Shown: positions 21,948-36,817, counted from the first letter of the stretch. The stretch: 64,000 bases of DNA from an uncultured Actinomycetota bacterium (GCA_963724505.1 CAVRUY010000003.1:36725-100724); one strand, 5' to 3'. Notes: generated by a model not told the origin, from the letters alone. Program-made: numbers and translations.

Positions 21948-23555
21948 TCAGCGGCCGAAGAGCCCGCCGAGACCGCTCGGCAGCTGGGGCGGCTCCTCCG
22001 GCGGAGCCGGCTGCGCGCCGAGGCCGAAGGCCGACCCGGGCGCCGCGGGGGCGGGTGCCCCCGCCTGGCGCTGCGCCGCGAGGCGCTCCTGCTCGGCGCG
22101 CTTGGCCGGGTTGCCGGACTTGCCCTTGGCCCGCTGCGGCGCCTTGCCCTTCGCCTTCTTGCCCATGCCCGGCAGGTTGCCCATCCCGGGCATGCCCATC
22201 CCGCCGCCCCTGGCCATCTGCTTCATCATCTTCTGGGCGGCGGTGAACCGCTCGAGCAGCTGGTTGACCTCGCTCGGCGTCGTCCCCGACCCCCGGGCGA
22301 TGCGCGCGCGGCGCGAGCCGTTGAGGATCTTCGGGTTGACCCGCTCCCCCGGGGTCATCGACCGGACGATCGCCTCGACCCGGTCGACCTCGCGCTCGTC
22401 GAAGTTGTCGATCGCCTCCCGCATCTGCCCCATCCCGGGCAGCATGCCGAGCATCTTCTTCATCGAGCCCATCTGGCGCAGGCTCTGCATCTGGACGAGG
22501 AAGTCCTCGAGCGTGAAGTCCTCGCCGCCGGCGAGCTTGTCCGCCATCTTCTCGGCCTGCTCGGCGTCGAACGCCTTCTCGGCCTGCTCGATGAGCGAGA
22601 GCACGTCACCCATGTCGAGGATGCGCGACGCCATCCGGTCCGGGTGGAAGACCTCGAAGTCGGTGAGCTGCTCACCGGTGGACGCGAAGAGGATCGGCCG
22701 GCCGGTGACGCTCGCGACCGAGAGGGCCGCGCCACCGCGGGCGTCACCGTCGAGCTTGGACAGCACGACGCCGGTGAAGCCGACGCCCTCGGCGAAGGCC
22801 TGCGCGGTGAGGACGGCGTCCTGGCCGATCATCGCGTCGACCACGAAGAGGATCTCGTCCGGGTTCACGGCGTCGCGGATGTCCGCGGCCTGCTTCATCA
22901 TCTCGGCGTCGACGCCGAGGCGGCCGGCCGTGTCGACGATGACGACGTCGTGCTGCTTGTCCCTCGCCTCGGCCACGCCGTCGCGGGCGACCTTGACGGG
23001 GTCGGGCTTCGCCGACCGGTCCCACCAGCGCCGGCCCTCGGTCTGCTCGCCGTCGTCGCTGGCCCCGGGGTGCGGAGCGAACACCGGTACCCCGGCGCGC
23101 TCGCCGACCACCTGGAGCTGGGTCACCGCATTGGGCCGCTGGAGGTCGGCCGCGACGAGGACCGGGGTGTGCCCCTGCTCGCGCAGGTGCCGGGCGAGCT
23201 TGCCGGCGAGGGTCGTCTTGCCGGCGCCCTGGAGGCCGGCGAGCAGGATGACCGTCGGCGGGTTCTTCGCCAGGGCCAGCGGACGCCGGCTCCCGCCGAG
23301 GACGGTGACCAGCTCGTCCTGGACGATCTTGACGACCTGCTGCGCGGGGTTGAGCGCGCCGCTGACCTCGCTGGACAGCGCCCGCTCGCGGACCGCACCG
23401 GTGAAGGAGCGAACGACCGGCACCGCGACGTCGGCGTCGAGCAGGGCGCGCCGGATCTCGCGGACCGTCGCGTCGATGTCGGCCTCCGAGAGCCGACCCT
23501 TGCCGCGCAGGTTCTTGAACGTGGAGGCGAGTCGGTCGGACAGAGTGGCGAACAC
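21948..23555 (-). CDS. ffh: Signal recognition particle protein
   Basis: GLQGAGKTT, DTAGR, SKLDGDARGGAALS, FHPDRMASRIL, Met-rich M domain. Confidence 0.98.
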   Translation of the reverse strand: MFATLSDRLASTFKNLRGKGRLSEADIDATVREIRRALLDADVAVPVVRSFTGAVRERALSSEVSGALNPAQQVVKIVQDELVTVLGGSRRPLALAKNPPTVILLAGLQGAGKTTLAGKLARHLREQGHTPVLVAADLQRPNAVTQLQVVGERAGVPVFAPHPGASDDGEQTEGRRWWDRSAKPDPVKVARDGVAEARDKQHDVVIVDTAGRLGVDAEMMKQAADIRDAVNPDEILFVVDAMIGQDAVLTAQAFAEGVGFTGVVLSKLDGDARGGAALSVASVTGRPILFASTGEQLTDFEVFHPDRMASRILDMGDVLSLIEQAEKAFDAEQAEKMADKLAGGEDFTLEDFLVQMQSLRQMGSMKKMLGMLPGMGQMREAIDNFDEREVDRVEAIVRSMTPGERVNPKILNGSRRARIARGSGTTPSEVNQLLERFTAAQKMMKQMARGGGMGMPGMGNLPGMGKKAKGKAPQRAKGKSGNPAKRAEQERLAAQRQAGAPAPAAPGSAFGLGAQPAPPEEPPQLPSGLGGLFGR

Positions 23556-23614
23556 AGGACCTCACCAGACGCAGGGGTGCAGACGGGAGGCTCCAGGGTA
23601 CCCGCCGGGGCCGA

Positions 23615-25396
23615 TCAGGAGCCGAGGGCCGCCTCGGCGCTCGCGGTGAGGTCGTCGACGAGGCGGGCCCGCCAGGGCGTCCAGGTCGTCGGACCGGCGG
23701 CCGAGGCGTCGGCCTCGGTGAGCCCGCGGAGCATGAGGAGGAGGTCGACGCGGTGCTCCACGGCCTCGATGAGCTCCTTGACGGTGGCCGGGTCCTCCGG
23801 GTCGCGCTGGGTGGCCAGGCCGGCGAGCGTCAGGTGGTGCCGGACCAGCAGCGTGACGTCGTGCTGCTCCGCGGCGGAGAAGCCCATCCGGGCGAGGATC
23901 GCCGGCACGAGACGGGCCCCCTCGAGGCTGTGGTCGCTCACCCCGGCCCGCTTGCCGATGTCGTGCAGCAGGGCGGCGAGCAGGAACACGTCGCCCTGGG
24001 CGCCCCGCCGGCCGCGGCCGGCGCGCGAGACGGTCTCGATGAGGTGCCGGTCGACCGTGTGCCGGTGGATCGGCGAGCGCTGGGGCCGGTTGCGCACGGC
24101 CGACCACTCCGGGATCCACCGGGTGACGACCCCGGCGAGGTCGAGCGTCTCCCACACCGGGATCTGGGCGGCGCCCGACCCGAGCAGCGCGAGCAGGTGG
24201 GTGCGGGCGACCGGCGGCCACGGCTCGGGCAGGTCGGGCGTACGCCCGAGGCTCGCGACGGTGACCGGCGAGAGCGGCAGACCGGTGCGTGCCGCGGTGG
24301 CCGCGGCGCGCAGGGCCAGCAGGGCGTCCTCCTCCGGCCGGGTCCCGGCGGCCAGCACGAGCTCGCCGTCGTGCTCGACGAGTCCCTCGCCGACCGAGCG
24401 GAGCGTCGGTGCGGCGCGGCGGCCGCGGATGAGCACCGGCCGTCGCAACGACGGGCGTTCCAGCGCCTGGCGGGCGTGCCGGACGGTCGTGTCCATGGCG
24501 TGCGAGATGATCCGGCCCGACTCGGCGAGCCCCGCGAGGAGGTCGTCGGCGTCGGCCGCGCCGGTCAGCTCGGCGACCTCGTCCTGGTCGGCCCGCAGCA
24601 GCCGGTTGGTGGGCCGGCGGGTCGCGACGTGCAGCGCGTCCCGGACGTCCAGCAGGTTCGCGTACGCCTGGTCGACGGCGCCGTGCGGCCGGTCGGTGAG
24701 CCAGGTCGCCGCGAGGGCGAAGACGACGACGGCGTCGCGGATCCCGCCGCGCGCCTCCTTGAGGTCCGGCTCGATGAGGTAGGCGAGCTCGCCGGAGCGC
24801 TCGGCGCGCGTGCGGGTGGTCTGCAGGAGCTCCGGGAGCCGCCGGCGGGCCGCGGCTCGCCAGTCGGTGAGCAGGGCGGTCCGGGCCCGGTGGACGACGC
24901 TGCGGTCGCCCGCGACCGCCCGCAGGTCCAGCAGGCCCACCGCTGCCGGCAGGTCGGCCGACGCGACCTGACGGCACTGGGCGAGCGAGCGCACCGAGTG
25001 GTCGAGGTCCAGCCCGGCGTCCCAGATCGGGTACCAGAGGCGCTCGGCGAGAGCAGCGACCTCCGCGGCGCGGTGGCTGCGCCCGTCGTGCACGAGCAGG
25101 AGGTCGAGGTCGCTCGCGGGGCTCGCGTCCGCCCGCCCGAGGCTGCCGACGGCGCCGAGGGCGATCCCCTCGTGCTCGTCCAGCGGGGCGACCGCCTCGT
25201 CCCAGAGCTCGGCGAGCCGGGTCGTGACGAGCTGGGCGATCGCGGTCCGGCGCACGTGACCGTCGGCCCCCGGGCCGGTCATCCGGCTCGCCAGGGCGAT
25301 CCGGTCCACCTTGAGGCCGCGCAGGCTCCCGGGCTGCTCGCCCGGCGGCTCGCTCGCGGCCCGCCCGGCGGCAGGCCCAGGGGTCGACGTGGTCAT
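23615..25396 (-). CDS. glnD: [Protein-PII] nucleotidyltransferase, lacking C-terminal ACT domains
   Basis: AVGSLGR..SDLDLLL NT motif, [36 protein letters not shown] domain; follows amt-glnK. Confidence 0.92.
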   Translation of the reverse strand: MTTSTPGPAAGRAASEPPGEQPGSLRGLKVDRIALASRMTGPGADGHVRRTAIAQLVTTRLAELWDEAVAPLDEHEGIALGAVGSLGRADASPASDLDLLLVHDGRSHRAAEVAALAERLWYPIWDAGLDLDHSVRSLAQCRQVASADLPAAVGLLDLRAVAGDRSVVHRARTALLTDWRAAARRRLPELLQTTRTRAERSGELAYLIEPDLKEARGGIRDAVVVFALAATWLTDRPHGAVDQAYANLLDVRDALHVATRRPTNRLLRADQDEVAELTGAADADDLLAGLAESGRIISHAMDTTVRHARQALERPSLRRPVLIRGRRAAPTLRSVGEGLVEHDGELVLAAGTRPEEDALLALRAAATAARTGLPLSPVTVASLGRTPDLPEPWPPVARTHLLALLGSGAAQIPVWETLDLAGVVTRWIPEWSAVRNRPQRSPIHRHTVDRHLIETVSRAGRGRRGAQGDVFLLAALLHDIGKRAGVSDHSLEGARLVPAILARMGFSAAEQHDVTLLVRHHLTLAGLATQRDPEDPATVKELIEAVEHRVDLLLMLRGLTEADASAAGPTTWTPWRARLVDDLTASAEAALGS

Positions 25397-25406
25397 CGGC
25401 GCGCCC

Positions 25407-27614
<2,208 letters not shown>

Positions 27615-27674
27615 GCAGATCGCCTCTTCTCCACCAGCCGGTCGGCTGGTCCGGGACCACTGTGACGATCGGAG

Positions 27675-27743
27675 GTTTCACCTCCGGGCGTCCCGCGTTA
27701 CGGGGCGGTGACATGAGGCTCATCCGTGTGAACGGTGCGTTTC
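27675..27743 (-). promoter_or_regulatory. Probable GlnR-binding region upstream of amtB-glnK-glnD
   Basis: Minus strand GAAAC-N6-TTCAC and GTCAC-N6-GTAAC-N17-GAAAC, resembling actinobacterial GlnR half-sites (gTnAc-n6-GaAAc); amtB operon is a canonical GlnR target. Confidence 0.7.
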
Positions 27744-27835
27744 ATGAGCCGAGACGCACAGGCTCACCCCTCGGACGAGCACCTCGGGTTCCCGCGCGGA
27801 GCTACGGCCGGCCGGGATGCCGCCGGGGCGGCGGG

Positions 27836-29008
27836 TCAGGACTCGAGCAGGCCGTCCACGAAGGCCTCGGGCTCGAAGACCGCCAGGTCGTCCGGGCCCT
27901 CGCCCAGGCCGACGAGCTTGACCGGGACCCCGAGCTCGCGCTGGACGGCCACGACGATCCCGCCCTTGGCCGTGCCGTCGAGCTTGGTGAGCACGATCCC
28001 GCTGACGCCGGCGACCTCGGCGAAGACCCGGGCCTGGTTGAGCCCGTTCTGGCCGGTCGTGGCGTCCAGGACGAGCAGCACCTCGTCGATCGGCGCGGTC
28101 CGGGACAGCACGCGGGTGATCTTGCCCAGCTCGTCCATCAGGCCGGCCTTGTTCTGCAGCCGGCCCGCGGTGTCCACCAGGACGACGTCGACCCCGTCGG
28201 CCCGGCCCCGCTTGAGCGCCTCGAAGGCGACCGACGCGGGGTCGGCGCCGTCCTTCTCGGACCGGACGGTCGGCACACCGACGCGCGCGCCCCAGGTCTG
28301 GAGCTGGTCGGCAGCGGCGGCGCGGAAGGTGTCCGCCGCCCCGAGCAGCACGGTCCTGCCCTCGGCGACGAGCACCCGGGCGAGCTTGCCCACGGTGGTC
28401 GTCTTGCCGGTCCCGTTGACGCCGACGACCAGGACGACGGCCGGCTGCACCCCGGGCGCGCCGCTCTCGTCGGTCACGACCGAGGGCACCACCTTGAGGG
28501 TGCGGTCCATCCCGGGGTCGACCAGCGCGAGCAGCTGCTCGCGCAGCAGCGACCGGACCGAGGCGGGGTCGCGCACGCCGAGCACCCTGACCCGCGCGCG
28601 CAGGGCGTCGACCAGCTCGCCGGTCGGGCCGGCGCCGACGTCGGCCAGCAGGAGCGTCTCCTCGAGCTCCTCCCAGTCCTCCTCGGCCAGGTGGTCCCTC
28701 GAGAGGACGGCGAGCAGGCGGGTGCCGAGCGGAGAACCCGATCGGGCCAGCCGCTCGCGGAGCCGGACCATCCGGCCGGCCACCGGCGTCGGCTGCTCGA
28801 GCACCCGGCCCGACCGTTCGGTCGCGGCGGCCGGGCCGCCGTCCTCGACGAGGGTCCGGCCGGCAGCGTCGGCCGCGGTCGCCACGCCCTCCTCGGGAGC
28901 GGTCGGCGCCTCGGGGGTCGACCGGCGCCGACGCAGCAGCGCGACCCCCACCCCGGAGGCGACGAGCAGGGGCAGGGCGATGACGAGGATGTCGTTGAGC
29001 TGGTCCAC
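27836..29008 (-). CDS. ftsY: SRP receptor FtsY
   Basis: GVNGTGKTT, DTFRAAA, DTAGRL, TKLDGTAKGG; N-terminal TM typical of Actinobacteria. Confidence 0.97.
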   Translation of the reverse strand: MDQLNDILVIALPLLVASGVGVALLRRRRSTPEAPTAPEEGVATAADAAGRTLVEDGGPAAATERSGRVLEQPTPVAGRMVRLRERLARSGSPLGTRLLAVLSRDHLAEEDWEELEETLLLADVGAGPTGELVDALRARVRVLGVRDPASVRSLLREQLLALVDPGMDRTLKVVPSVVTDESGAPGVQPAVVLVVGVNGTGKTTTVGKLARVLVAEGRTVLLGAADTFRAAAADQLQTWGARVGVPTVRSEKDGADPASVAFEALKRGRADGVDVVLVDTAGRLQNKAGLMDELGKITRVLSRTAPIDEVLLVLDATTGQNGLNQARVFAEVAGVSGIVLTKLDGTAKGGIVVAVQRELGVPVKLVGLGEGPDDLAVFEPEAFVDGLLES

Positions 29009-29117
29009 CGGGTCAGTCTGCCAGGCAGCGGTGCCCCGTCAGCGGCCCGTCCGGCCGCTGGCCCGCCTCGGGGTCCGCGGCCCTCGCCGCGGGATCCTCC
29101 CGCGCGAGGGTCGTCGG

Positions 29118-29519
29118 TCAGTGCTGGGTCGCGCGGCGCTCGACGCGCGCGGCGGTGCGGGCGTGCGCCGCGGAGCGCACGGCGGCGGAGCGGGTGACGG
29201 CGACCGAGCGGGCCCGCCCGGCGGTGCGGACCAGGTTGGCGCCGAGCGCCTCGGCGTCGAGGTAGTCGACCTCGACGGGCCGCCCGACGCGGAAGAGGTC
29301 GTCGACCGAGGAGAGCTCGACGTCGGCCGCATCGGCGTGGTCCTGCCGCGCGGAGGCGAGGATGCCGAGGGTGCGCTCGTCGCGCGCCCGCTGCAGACCG
29401 GACTGGAGGTCGACGAGGAAGCTCGCCGGGGCGGGCTCGCGGGTCACCCACGCGGCCAGCACCAGCACACCAGCGGCCGCGAGCAGCGCGACGACGACCC
29501 AGATCACGATGAGCACCAT
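29118..29519 (-). CDS. Small hypothetical membrane-anchored protein
   Basis: N-terminal hydrophobic helix, fills smc-ftsY gap, GATACT -10-like hexamer 6 nt before ATG. Confidence 0.65.
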   Translation of the reverse strand: MVLIVIWVVVALLAAAGVLVLAAWVTREPAPASFLVDLQSGLQRARDERTLGILASARQDHADAADVELSSVDDLFRVGRPVEVDYLDAEALGANLVRTAGRARSVAVTRSAAVRSAAHARTAARVERRATQH

Positions 29520-29635
29520 GGGGCAAGTATCACCGGTGATGGGACGACTCGGTGCCCTCCGTGCCCACCCGCCCCGGATGGGCACGAGATCTTCACAGGC
29601 CGCCGGGCGCTGGGGTCGCCGCCGCCTCGCCGGCG

Positions 29636-32600
29636 CTACTCCTCGCGCAGCCGCTGGCTGATGACGGTGGTGACGCCGTCCCCGCGCATCGTCACGCCGT
29701 AGAGAGCGTCGGCGATCTCCATCGTGCGCTTCTGGTGCGTGACGACGATGAGCTGGCTGTCCTCGCGCAGCTCGGTGAAGATGCCGAGCAGCCGGCCGAG
29801 GTTGGTGTCGTCCAGCGCCGCCTCGACCTCGTCCATCACGTAGAACGGGCTCGGGCGCGCCTTGAAGATCGCCACGAGCAGGGCCACGGCGGTCAGCGAC
29901 CGCTCACCGCCGGAGAGCAGCGAGAGCCGCTTGACCTTCTTGCCGGCCGGCCGGGCCTCCACCTCGATCCCGGTGGTGAGCATGTTCTCCGGATCCGTGA
30001 GGACCAGCCGGCCCTCGCCGCCGGGGAAGAGCCGGCTGAAGACCCCGGTGAAGTGCTCGGCGGTGTCGGCGTAGGCCTCGGCGAAGACCTGCTCGACCCG
30101 CTCGTCGATGTCCTTGACGATCTGCAGCAGGTCGGCGCGCGAGGACTTGAGGTCCGCCAGCTGGGTGGTGAGGAAGGTGTGCCGTTCCTCGAGCGCGGCG
30201 AACTCCTCCAGGGCGAGCGGGTTGACCCGGCCGAGGAGCGCGAGCGCCCGCTCGGCCGACCGGAGCCTCTTCTCCTGCTCCGCACGGACGTAGGGCACCT
30301 CGTCGGCGGGCTCCCCCTCGGCCCTCGCGACCGGCACCGGCCGGTCCGGGCCGAACTCGTCGAGGAGCACCTGCGGGTCCAGGCCCAGCTCCTCGATCGC
30401 TCGGCCCTGCAGCTGTTCGACCCGCAGCGCCTGCTGGGCGCGGGCCACCTCGTCGCGGTGCGCCACGTCGGTGAGCTCGGCCAGCTCGGCAGCCGCCCTC
30501 TCGACCCGCGCGCGGACCGCGACGAGGGCCGCGTCCCGCTCGGCCCTGGCCGCCTCGGCCGCCTCCCGGGCCTGGCTCGCCTGGGCAAGGGACCCCTCGA
30601 GCAGGTGCAGGGCGTGCCGGACGGCGATCGCGACCGCCCCCGCGCGCCGGGCCTGCTCGGCCCGCTTGCGGGCACGCTCGGCGGCGCGCGCCTGGGCCTC
30701 ACGCTCGGCGGCCGCGGCGCGCTCGAGCGACTGCGCCCGCCCGGAGACGGCGCGGGCGCGCTCCTCCCCGGTGCGCAGGGTCAGCCGTGCCTCGGTCTCC
30801 CGGGCGCGCGCCGCCGTGGCCGCCGCGGTCGCCGCGTCACGCTCCGACGACGGCCTCGTCCAGGAGCCCGGCGGTCTCGACGGGGTCCGCCTGCGCGTGC
30901 TCGAGTCGCGCGCTGAGCTCACCGAGCTCGGACTGGTCGGTGCTCAGGCGCGCCGTGGCGGCGTCCAGGGCGGCCGTGGCGCGGTCCACCTCGGCCCGGG
31001 CCGACCGCGCCTGCGAGCCGAGGTGCCCGAGGCGCTCGGCCACCGCGGCCAGCGCCGCGTCGGACTCGTGCAGCCGCTCCAGCGTCGCGGCGTGCCGCTC
31101 CTCGGCCTGCCCGGCGACCTCACGCGCGGTGACCAGCGCGAATCGGGTGCGCTCCAGGGTGGCGGCGGCCTGGCCCTGCCGGGCCCGGGCGTCCTCCAGC
31201 GCGGTCTGCAGCTCCAGGGCGCTCGGCGCGCTCGCCGAGCCCCCGGAGGCGCGGACGGCGCCGAGCAGGTCACCGGCCCGGGTCACCGCGACGAGACCGG
31301 GATGGGCCTCGACCACGGCGCGCGCCCGGGCGAGGTCCTCGACCACGACGACGTCGGCGAGCAGCGCGGCGACGGCTCCGGCGACCGCTGCGGAGGGCTG
31401 GACGAGTCCCACCGCCGGGACCGCGTCCGCGGGCAGGTCCGCCGGCAGGTCGGTCGGCGGCGCCCCCGGCGCGGTGGCACCGGCGACGAGCAGCGAGGCG
31501 CGGCCGGCGTCGTCGGTGCGCAGGCGCCGGACGGCGTCGACGGCCACGTCGACCGAGCCGACGGCCACCGCGTCGGCGACCGGGCCCAGGGCGGCCGCGA
31601 TGGCGTCCTCGTACCCGGGGGCGACGCCGAGCAGCGCGGCCACCGACCCGAGCACCCCGGGCAGGTCGTCGGCGGCCAGCAGCGCACCGGCGCCGTCCTT
31701 GCGTTCCAGGCTCATCTGGAGGGCCTCGAGCTTGGCGGTCCAGGTGGCGCGCTCGCGCTCGGCGAGCTGCTCGGTCTCCCGCAGGCCGGCCAGCGCCTCG
31801 GTGGCCGCGTCGAGCGCGGCGACCGCCGTCTCGTGCTCGGCGTCGAGCCCCTCCTCGCCCTCCTCGACCCCGGCGACCTGGGACTCGAGGGCGGCGAAGT
31901 CGACCGTGGCCTGGTGCCCGCGGCGCTCGGCCTCGGTGACGGTCTCGCGCAGCCGCCCGATCTCCGCCTCGGTGGCCTCGAGCCGGCTGCGGCGCGCCGC
32001 GACCTGGCCGGCGAGCCGCGCGAGCCCCTCACGGCGGTCGGCCGCGGTGCGCTGGAGGTCAGCGACGGCGCGCTCGGCGGCCTGCGCCCGCTGCTCGAGC
32101 CCGGTGCGCTGGGCGACGGCCGCCTCCAGGGCCACCCGCGCCATCTCGACCTCGGTGGCCAGCTCGGCCTCGGCCGCGCGCGCCCGCTCGGCCTGGGCCT
32201 CGAGGTCCTGCGGGTCCCGGCCGGGGCCGCGGTCGTCCTCGGCGGCGCCGAGGAGCCGCCGCCGGTCCTCGGCCAGGCTCGCGGTCCCGCGGAGCCGCTC
32301 GCGGACGGACGAGAGCCGGTACCAGACCTCGCCCGCCTCGGAGAGCTCGGGCGCGGCGGCTGCCGCGCGGGCCTCCAGCTCGGCGAGCGCGGCGCGGGCC
32401 GCGGTGAGCTCGGCCTCGACCTCCGCACGCCGCTCCTGCAGGGCCGTCTCGTCGGCGATCTCCTGCTCGAGGGTCGCGGTCAGCTGGGCGAGGTCGTCGG
32501 CGAGCAGCCGCGCCCGGGCGTCCCGCAGGTCGGTCTGCACGGTCTGCGCCTTGCGGGCCACCTCGGCCTGCCGGCCGAGCGGCCCCAGCTGACGGCGGAT

Positions 32601-33191
32601 CTCCGCGGTGAGGTCTGCGAGCCGGGTGAGGTTGGCCTGCATCGCGTCGAGCTTGCGCAGCGCCTTCTCCTTGCGGCGGCGGTGCTTGAGCACCCCGGCC
32701 GCCTCCTCGATGAAGCCACGGCGGTCCTCGGGGGTGGCGCGCAGCACCGCGTCGAGCTGCCCCTGACCGACGATGACGTGCATCTCGCGGCCCATGCCGG
32801 TGTCCGAGAGCAGCTCCTGGATGTCCAGCAGCCGGCAGGAGGACCCGTTGATCGCGTACTCCGAGCCACCGCTGCGGAACAGCGTGCGGGAGATCGTCAC
32901 CTCGGAGTACTCGATCGGCAGCGCTCCGTCCGCGTTGTCGATCGTCAGGGCGACCTCGGCGCGGCCGAGCGGGGGCCGCCCGGCGGTGCCGGCGAAGATG
33001 ACGTCCTCCATCGACCCGCCGCGCAGCGACTTCGCGCCCTGCTCGCCCATCACCCAGGCCAGCGCGTCGACGACGTTCGACTTCCCGGAGCCGTTGGGGC
33101 CGACGACGCAGGTGATGCCCGGCTCGAGGTGCAAGGTCGTCGCCGAGGCGAACGACTTGAACCCCCGCAGGGTGAGCGTCTTCAGGTGCAC
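29636..33191 (-). CDS. smc: Chromosome segregation protein SMC, split by +1 frameshift near 30844-30846 (likely sequencing error)
   Basis: N-half [15 protein letters not shown], hinge; C-half [25 protein letters not shown]; removing one base gives 1184 aa. Confidence 0.95.
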
Positions 33192-33214
33192 GGGCTGAGC
33201 CTAGGGGCGCCCGG

Positions 33215-33646
33215 TCACAGGCCGGGGAACCACAGCGCGATCTCGCGGGCGGCGGACTCCGGGGAGTCCGAGCCGTGCACGAGGTTCTCGGTGACCGCTC
33301 GCCCCCAGTCGCGGCCCAGGTCGCCGCGCAGCGTGCCCGGCGCGGCGAGCGTCGGGTCGGTGGTGCCGGCGAGCGACCGGAAGCCCTCGATGACGCGGTC
33401 ACCCTCGACGACGACGGCGAGCACCGGGCCCGAGCCCATGAAGTCGAGCAGCGGCGGGAAGAAGGGCTTGCCCTCGTGCTCGGCGTAGTGGGCGGCGAGC
33501 AGCTCGCGGTCGGCGGTCCGCAGCTCGGCCGCGACCAGCGTGTAGCCCTTGGCCTCGATCCGGCGGACGATCTCACCGACCAGGCCGCGGCGGACGGCGT
33601 CGGGCTTGACGAGGACGAGGGTGCGCTCGGGTCCGGCTGCAGGCAT
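33215..33646 (-). CDS. ndk: Nucleoside diphosphate kinase
   Basis: [38 protein letters not shown]. Confidence 0.97.
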   Translation of the reverse strand: MPAAGPERTLVLVKPDAVRRGLVGEIVRRIEAKGYTLVAAELRTADRELLAAHYAEHEGKPFFPPLLDFMGSGPVLAVVVEGDRVIEGFRSLAGTTDPTLAAPGTLRGDLGRDWGRAVTENLVHGSDSPESAAREIALWFPGL

Positions 33647-33656
33647 GGCGCAGAGC

Positions 33657-34085
33657 CTAGTCGGCGGCGGCGAGCCGCTCGGCCCGCTCGCGGTCGATCC
33701 GCCCGCCGAGCCGCAGGCCCGCCACCCACAGCGCGACGAAGATCACCCCGACGACGACCATCATCGGCACGACGACCGCCGTCGCCAGCAGCGGGACCTG
33801 GAGCACCGACCCCACGACGTACCCGCCGGGACGGCGCAGGACCCCCGCCGCGAGCACGAGGGAGAGGATGAGGGCGCCGCCGCCGTAGGCCACGACCGCG
33901 GGGTCGACCTCCCGCAGGCCGATCGCGACGAGGGCCGCGAAGCCGACCACGAACGCCTCGAGGACCAGGATGGTCGAGGCGAACTGGCGCTTGGCCGACC
34001 GGGTCGAGGCCCGTCCGACCGGCGCGTCGCCCGTCCCGCCCGAGGACGGGTCGTCGGGCGGGACGGCGGGCTCGGCTGCGCTCAC
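33657..34085 (-). CDS. DUF4233 family membrane protein
   Basis: Multi-[11 protein letters not shown] motif, usual position upstream of ndk; TAGCCT -10 7 nt before GTG. Confidence 0.8.
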   Translation of the reverse strand: MSAAEPAVPPDDPSSGGTGDAPVGRASTRSAKRQFASTILVLEAFVVGFAALVAIGLREVDPAVVAYGGGALILSLVLAAGVLRRPGGYVVGSVLQVPLLATAVVVPMMVVVGVIFVALWVAGLRLGGRIDRERAERLAAAD

Positions 34086-34232
34086 CCGGGACAGGCTAGC
34101 GACCGACCCCGACCACGTCCTGCGGCCGGGGCCCTCGTCGGTCGCCCCCGGCGTGCCACCGCGCGGTCGACCGCACGTTCGCATGCCATGCAGATCTGCA
34201 GGGAGCGCGAGCTGCCGGCCGACCGGCGCCGG

Positions 34233-34940
34233 TCAGGCCTCCCCGAAGCCCCCCTCGATCATCGCCACCACGGTCTCGACAGCGCCCTGCGCGCCCGGTC
34301 CCGTGGCGCGGACCTCCAGCTCGGCGCCCGCGGTGGCCGCCAGGCTCATCAGCCCGAGGACGCTCGCCCCGGCGGCACCGCCGATCGTCAAGGCCACCCC
34401 CAGGTCGGCCACGGTCCTGGCGACCAGCGCGGCCGGCCGGGCGTGCAGCCCCAGCGGGTTGCGGACGGTGACGGTCGCCACCACCGCCTCCGCACCGGCC
34501 TCGTCGACGGCCGGTGCGGGGCCCCCGTCGGCGGCCGGTGCGACGGCCATCGCCTCGACGGCCGCTGCGACGACGTCCTCGAGCGCGCCACCCTGCTGGG
34601 CGGCGACGGCCGCGGTGACCGTCCCCTCGACGAACGGGGCAGTGGGCACCCGGACCCGGGCGGCGTCGTCCTCGTCGATCAGCTCGAGCACGAGATCGGT
34701 GGTGAGGATCGCCGAGCCGAGGTCGGTGACCACGACGACGCCGGAGCCCTCCCCGGAGACCGCGGCGAGCCCCTCCTCGACGGCGGCCAGCACCCGGTCG
34801 ACGCTGGTGCCGATCCCCTCGGGCATCCCGCCGGCCGGCAGCACCGTGACGTCGGGCGCCATCTGCGCCGCGATCGCGGCGGTTCCCGTCGCGACGTCCG
34901 CGGAGTGCGAGACCAGGACGAGCGCAACCCGCGCGCTCAC
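34233..34940 (-). CDS. dhaM: Dihydroxyacetone kinase phosphoryl-donor subunit (EIIA-Man + HPr domains)
   Basis: LVLVSHS, DLGSA, APFVEG; HPr GLHARPAA and ASVLGLMSL. Confidence 0.92.
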   Translation of the reverse strand: MSARVALVLVSHSADVATGTAAIAAQMAPDVTVLPAGGMPEGIGTSVDRVLAAVEEGLAAVSGEGSGVVVVTDLGSAILTTDLVLELIDEDDAARVRVPTAPFVEGTVTAAVAAQQGGALEDVVAAAVEAMAVAPAADGGPAPAVDEAGAEAVVATVTVRNPLGLHARPAALVARTVADLGVALTIGGAAGASVLGLMSLAATAGAELEVRATGPGAQGAVETVVAMIEGGFGEA

Positions 34941-35593
34941 GCCACCGCACCCAGGCTCGGGTCGGACGCGGTTCCGGCGGCGGCGCGCAGGATGAGCGCC
35001 GAGGACGCGGCCCCCGGGTCGCGGTGCCCGGCGCTGCGCTCCCCGAGGTAGCTCGCGCGGCCCTTGGTCGCGACCATCGGGTCGGTGGCCACCGCGCCGG
35101 CCTCGGCCGCGGTCGCCGCGGCCTCGAGCACGGCCTCGGGGCTCGCGCCCTCCGCGGCGGCGGCCTGGGCGGCCAGCGCGGCCGGGGTCCAGGCATCGAC
35201 CATCGTCTTCTCGCCCGTGGTCGCCTTGCCGCGGGCGACGATCCCCTCCAGACCGGCCTCGAGCACGGCCACGACGGCGGGCGCGTCGAGCTCGGCCAGG
35301 CCGGCGACCTTGGCGGCGCGCAGGTAGGCCGTGCCGTAGAGCGGGCCGGCCGCGCCGCCGACGGTGGACATCAGCGTCGTCGCGACGAGCTTGAGCAGGT
35401 CGCCGACCTGCGCGGGAGGTTCCTCGAGGGCGTCGAGCTTGGCCACGACGGCGGTGAAGCCACGGTTCATGTTCTCCCCGTGGTCACCGTCGCCGATCTG
35501 CCGGTCGAGCTCCATCAGCTCGTTCTTGTGCTCGGCGACCACGGCGGCCGTCCGCCGGACCCACCGCAGTGCCCACGCCACGTCGAGTGTCAT
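34937..35593 (-). CDS. dhaL: Dihydroxyacetone kinase ADP-binding subunit
   Basis: LDRQIGDGDHG, VGGAAGPLYG, GEKTMVDA, KGRASYLGERSAGHRDPGA. Confidence 0.96.
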   Translation of the reverse strand: MTLDVAWALRWVRRTAAVVAEHKNELMELDRQIGDGDHGENMNRGFTAVVAKLDALEEPPAQVGDLLKLVATTLMSTVGGAAGPLYGTAYLRAAKVAGLAELDAPAVVAVLEAGLEGIVARGKATTGEKTMVDAWTPAALAAQAAAAEGASPEAVLEAAATAAEAGAVATDPMVATKGRASYLGERSAGHRDPGAASSALILRAAAGTASDPSLGAVA

Positions 35594-35724
35594 CGTGCTC
35601 CTTCATGCCGATCGGTCGGGGCTCCAGCCCCTGGACGCAGCCTGCCACGCCCGCCGGTGCGGGCGTGGCAGGCCACCTGGACGGGCGCCCGGGCCGCCCC
35701 GCGGAGGGCGGTCCGGGCCAGAGG

Positions 35725-36720
<996 letters not shown>

Positions 36721-36817
36721 GCCTGACTCCCTGTGTCACGACCCCTCGCGGACAGCATCGTTGCCGCCCGTGCCGGGGCACGTCGGTGTGCCTCATGCCC
36801 CTCGTCCAGCATTGGGG

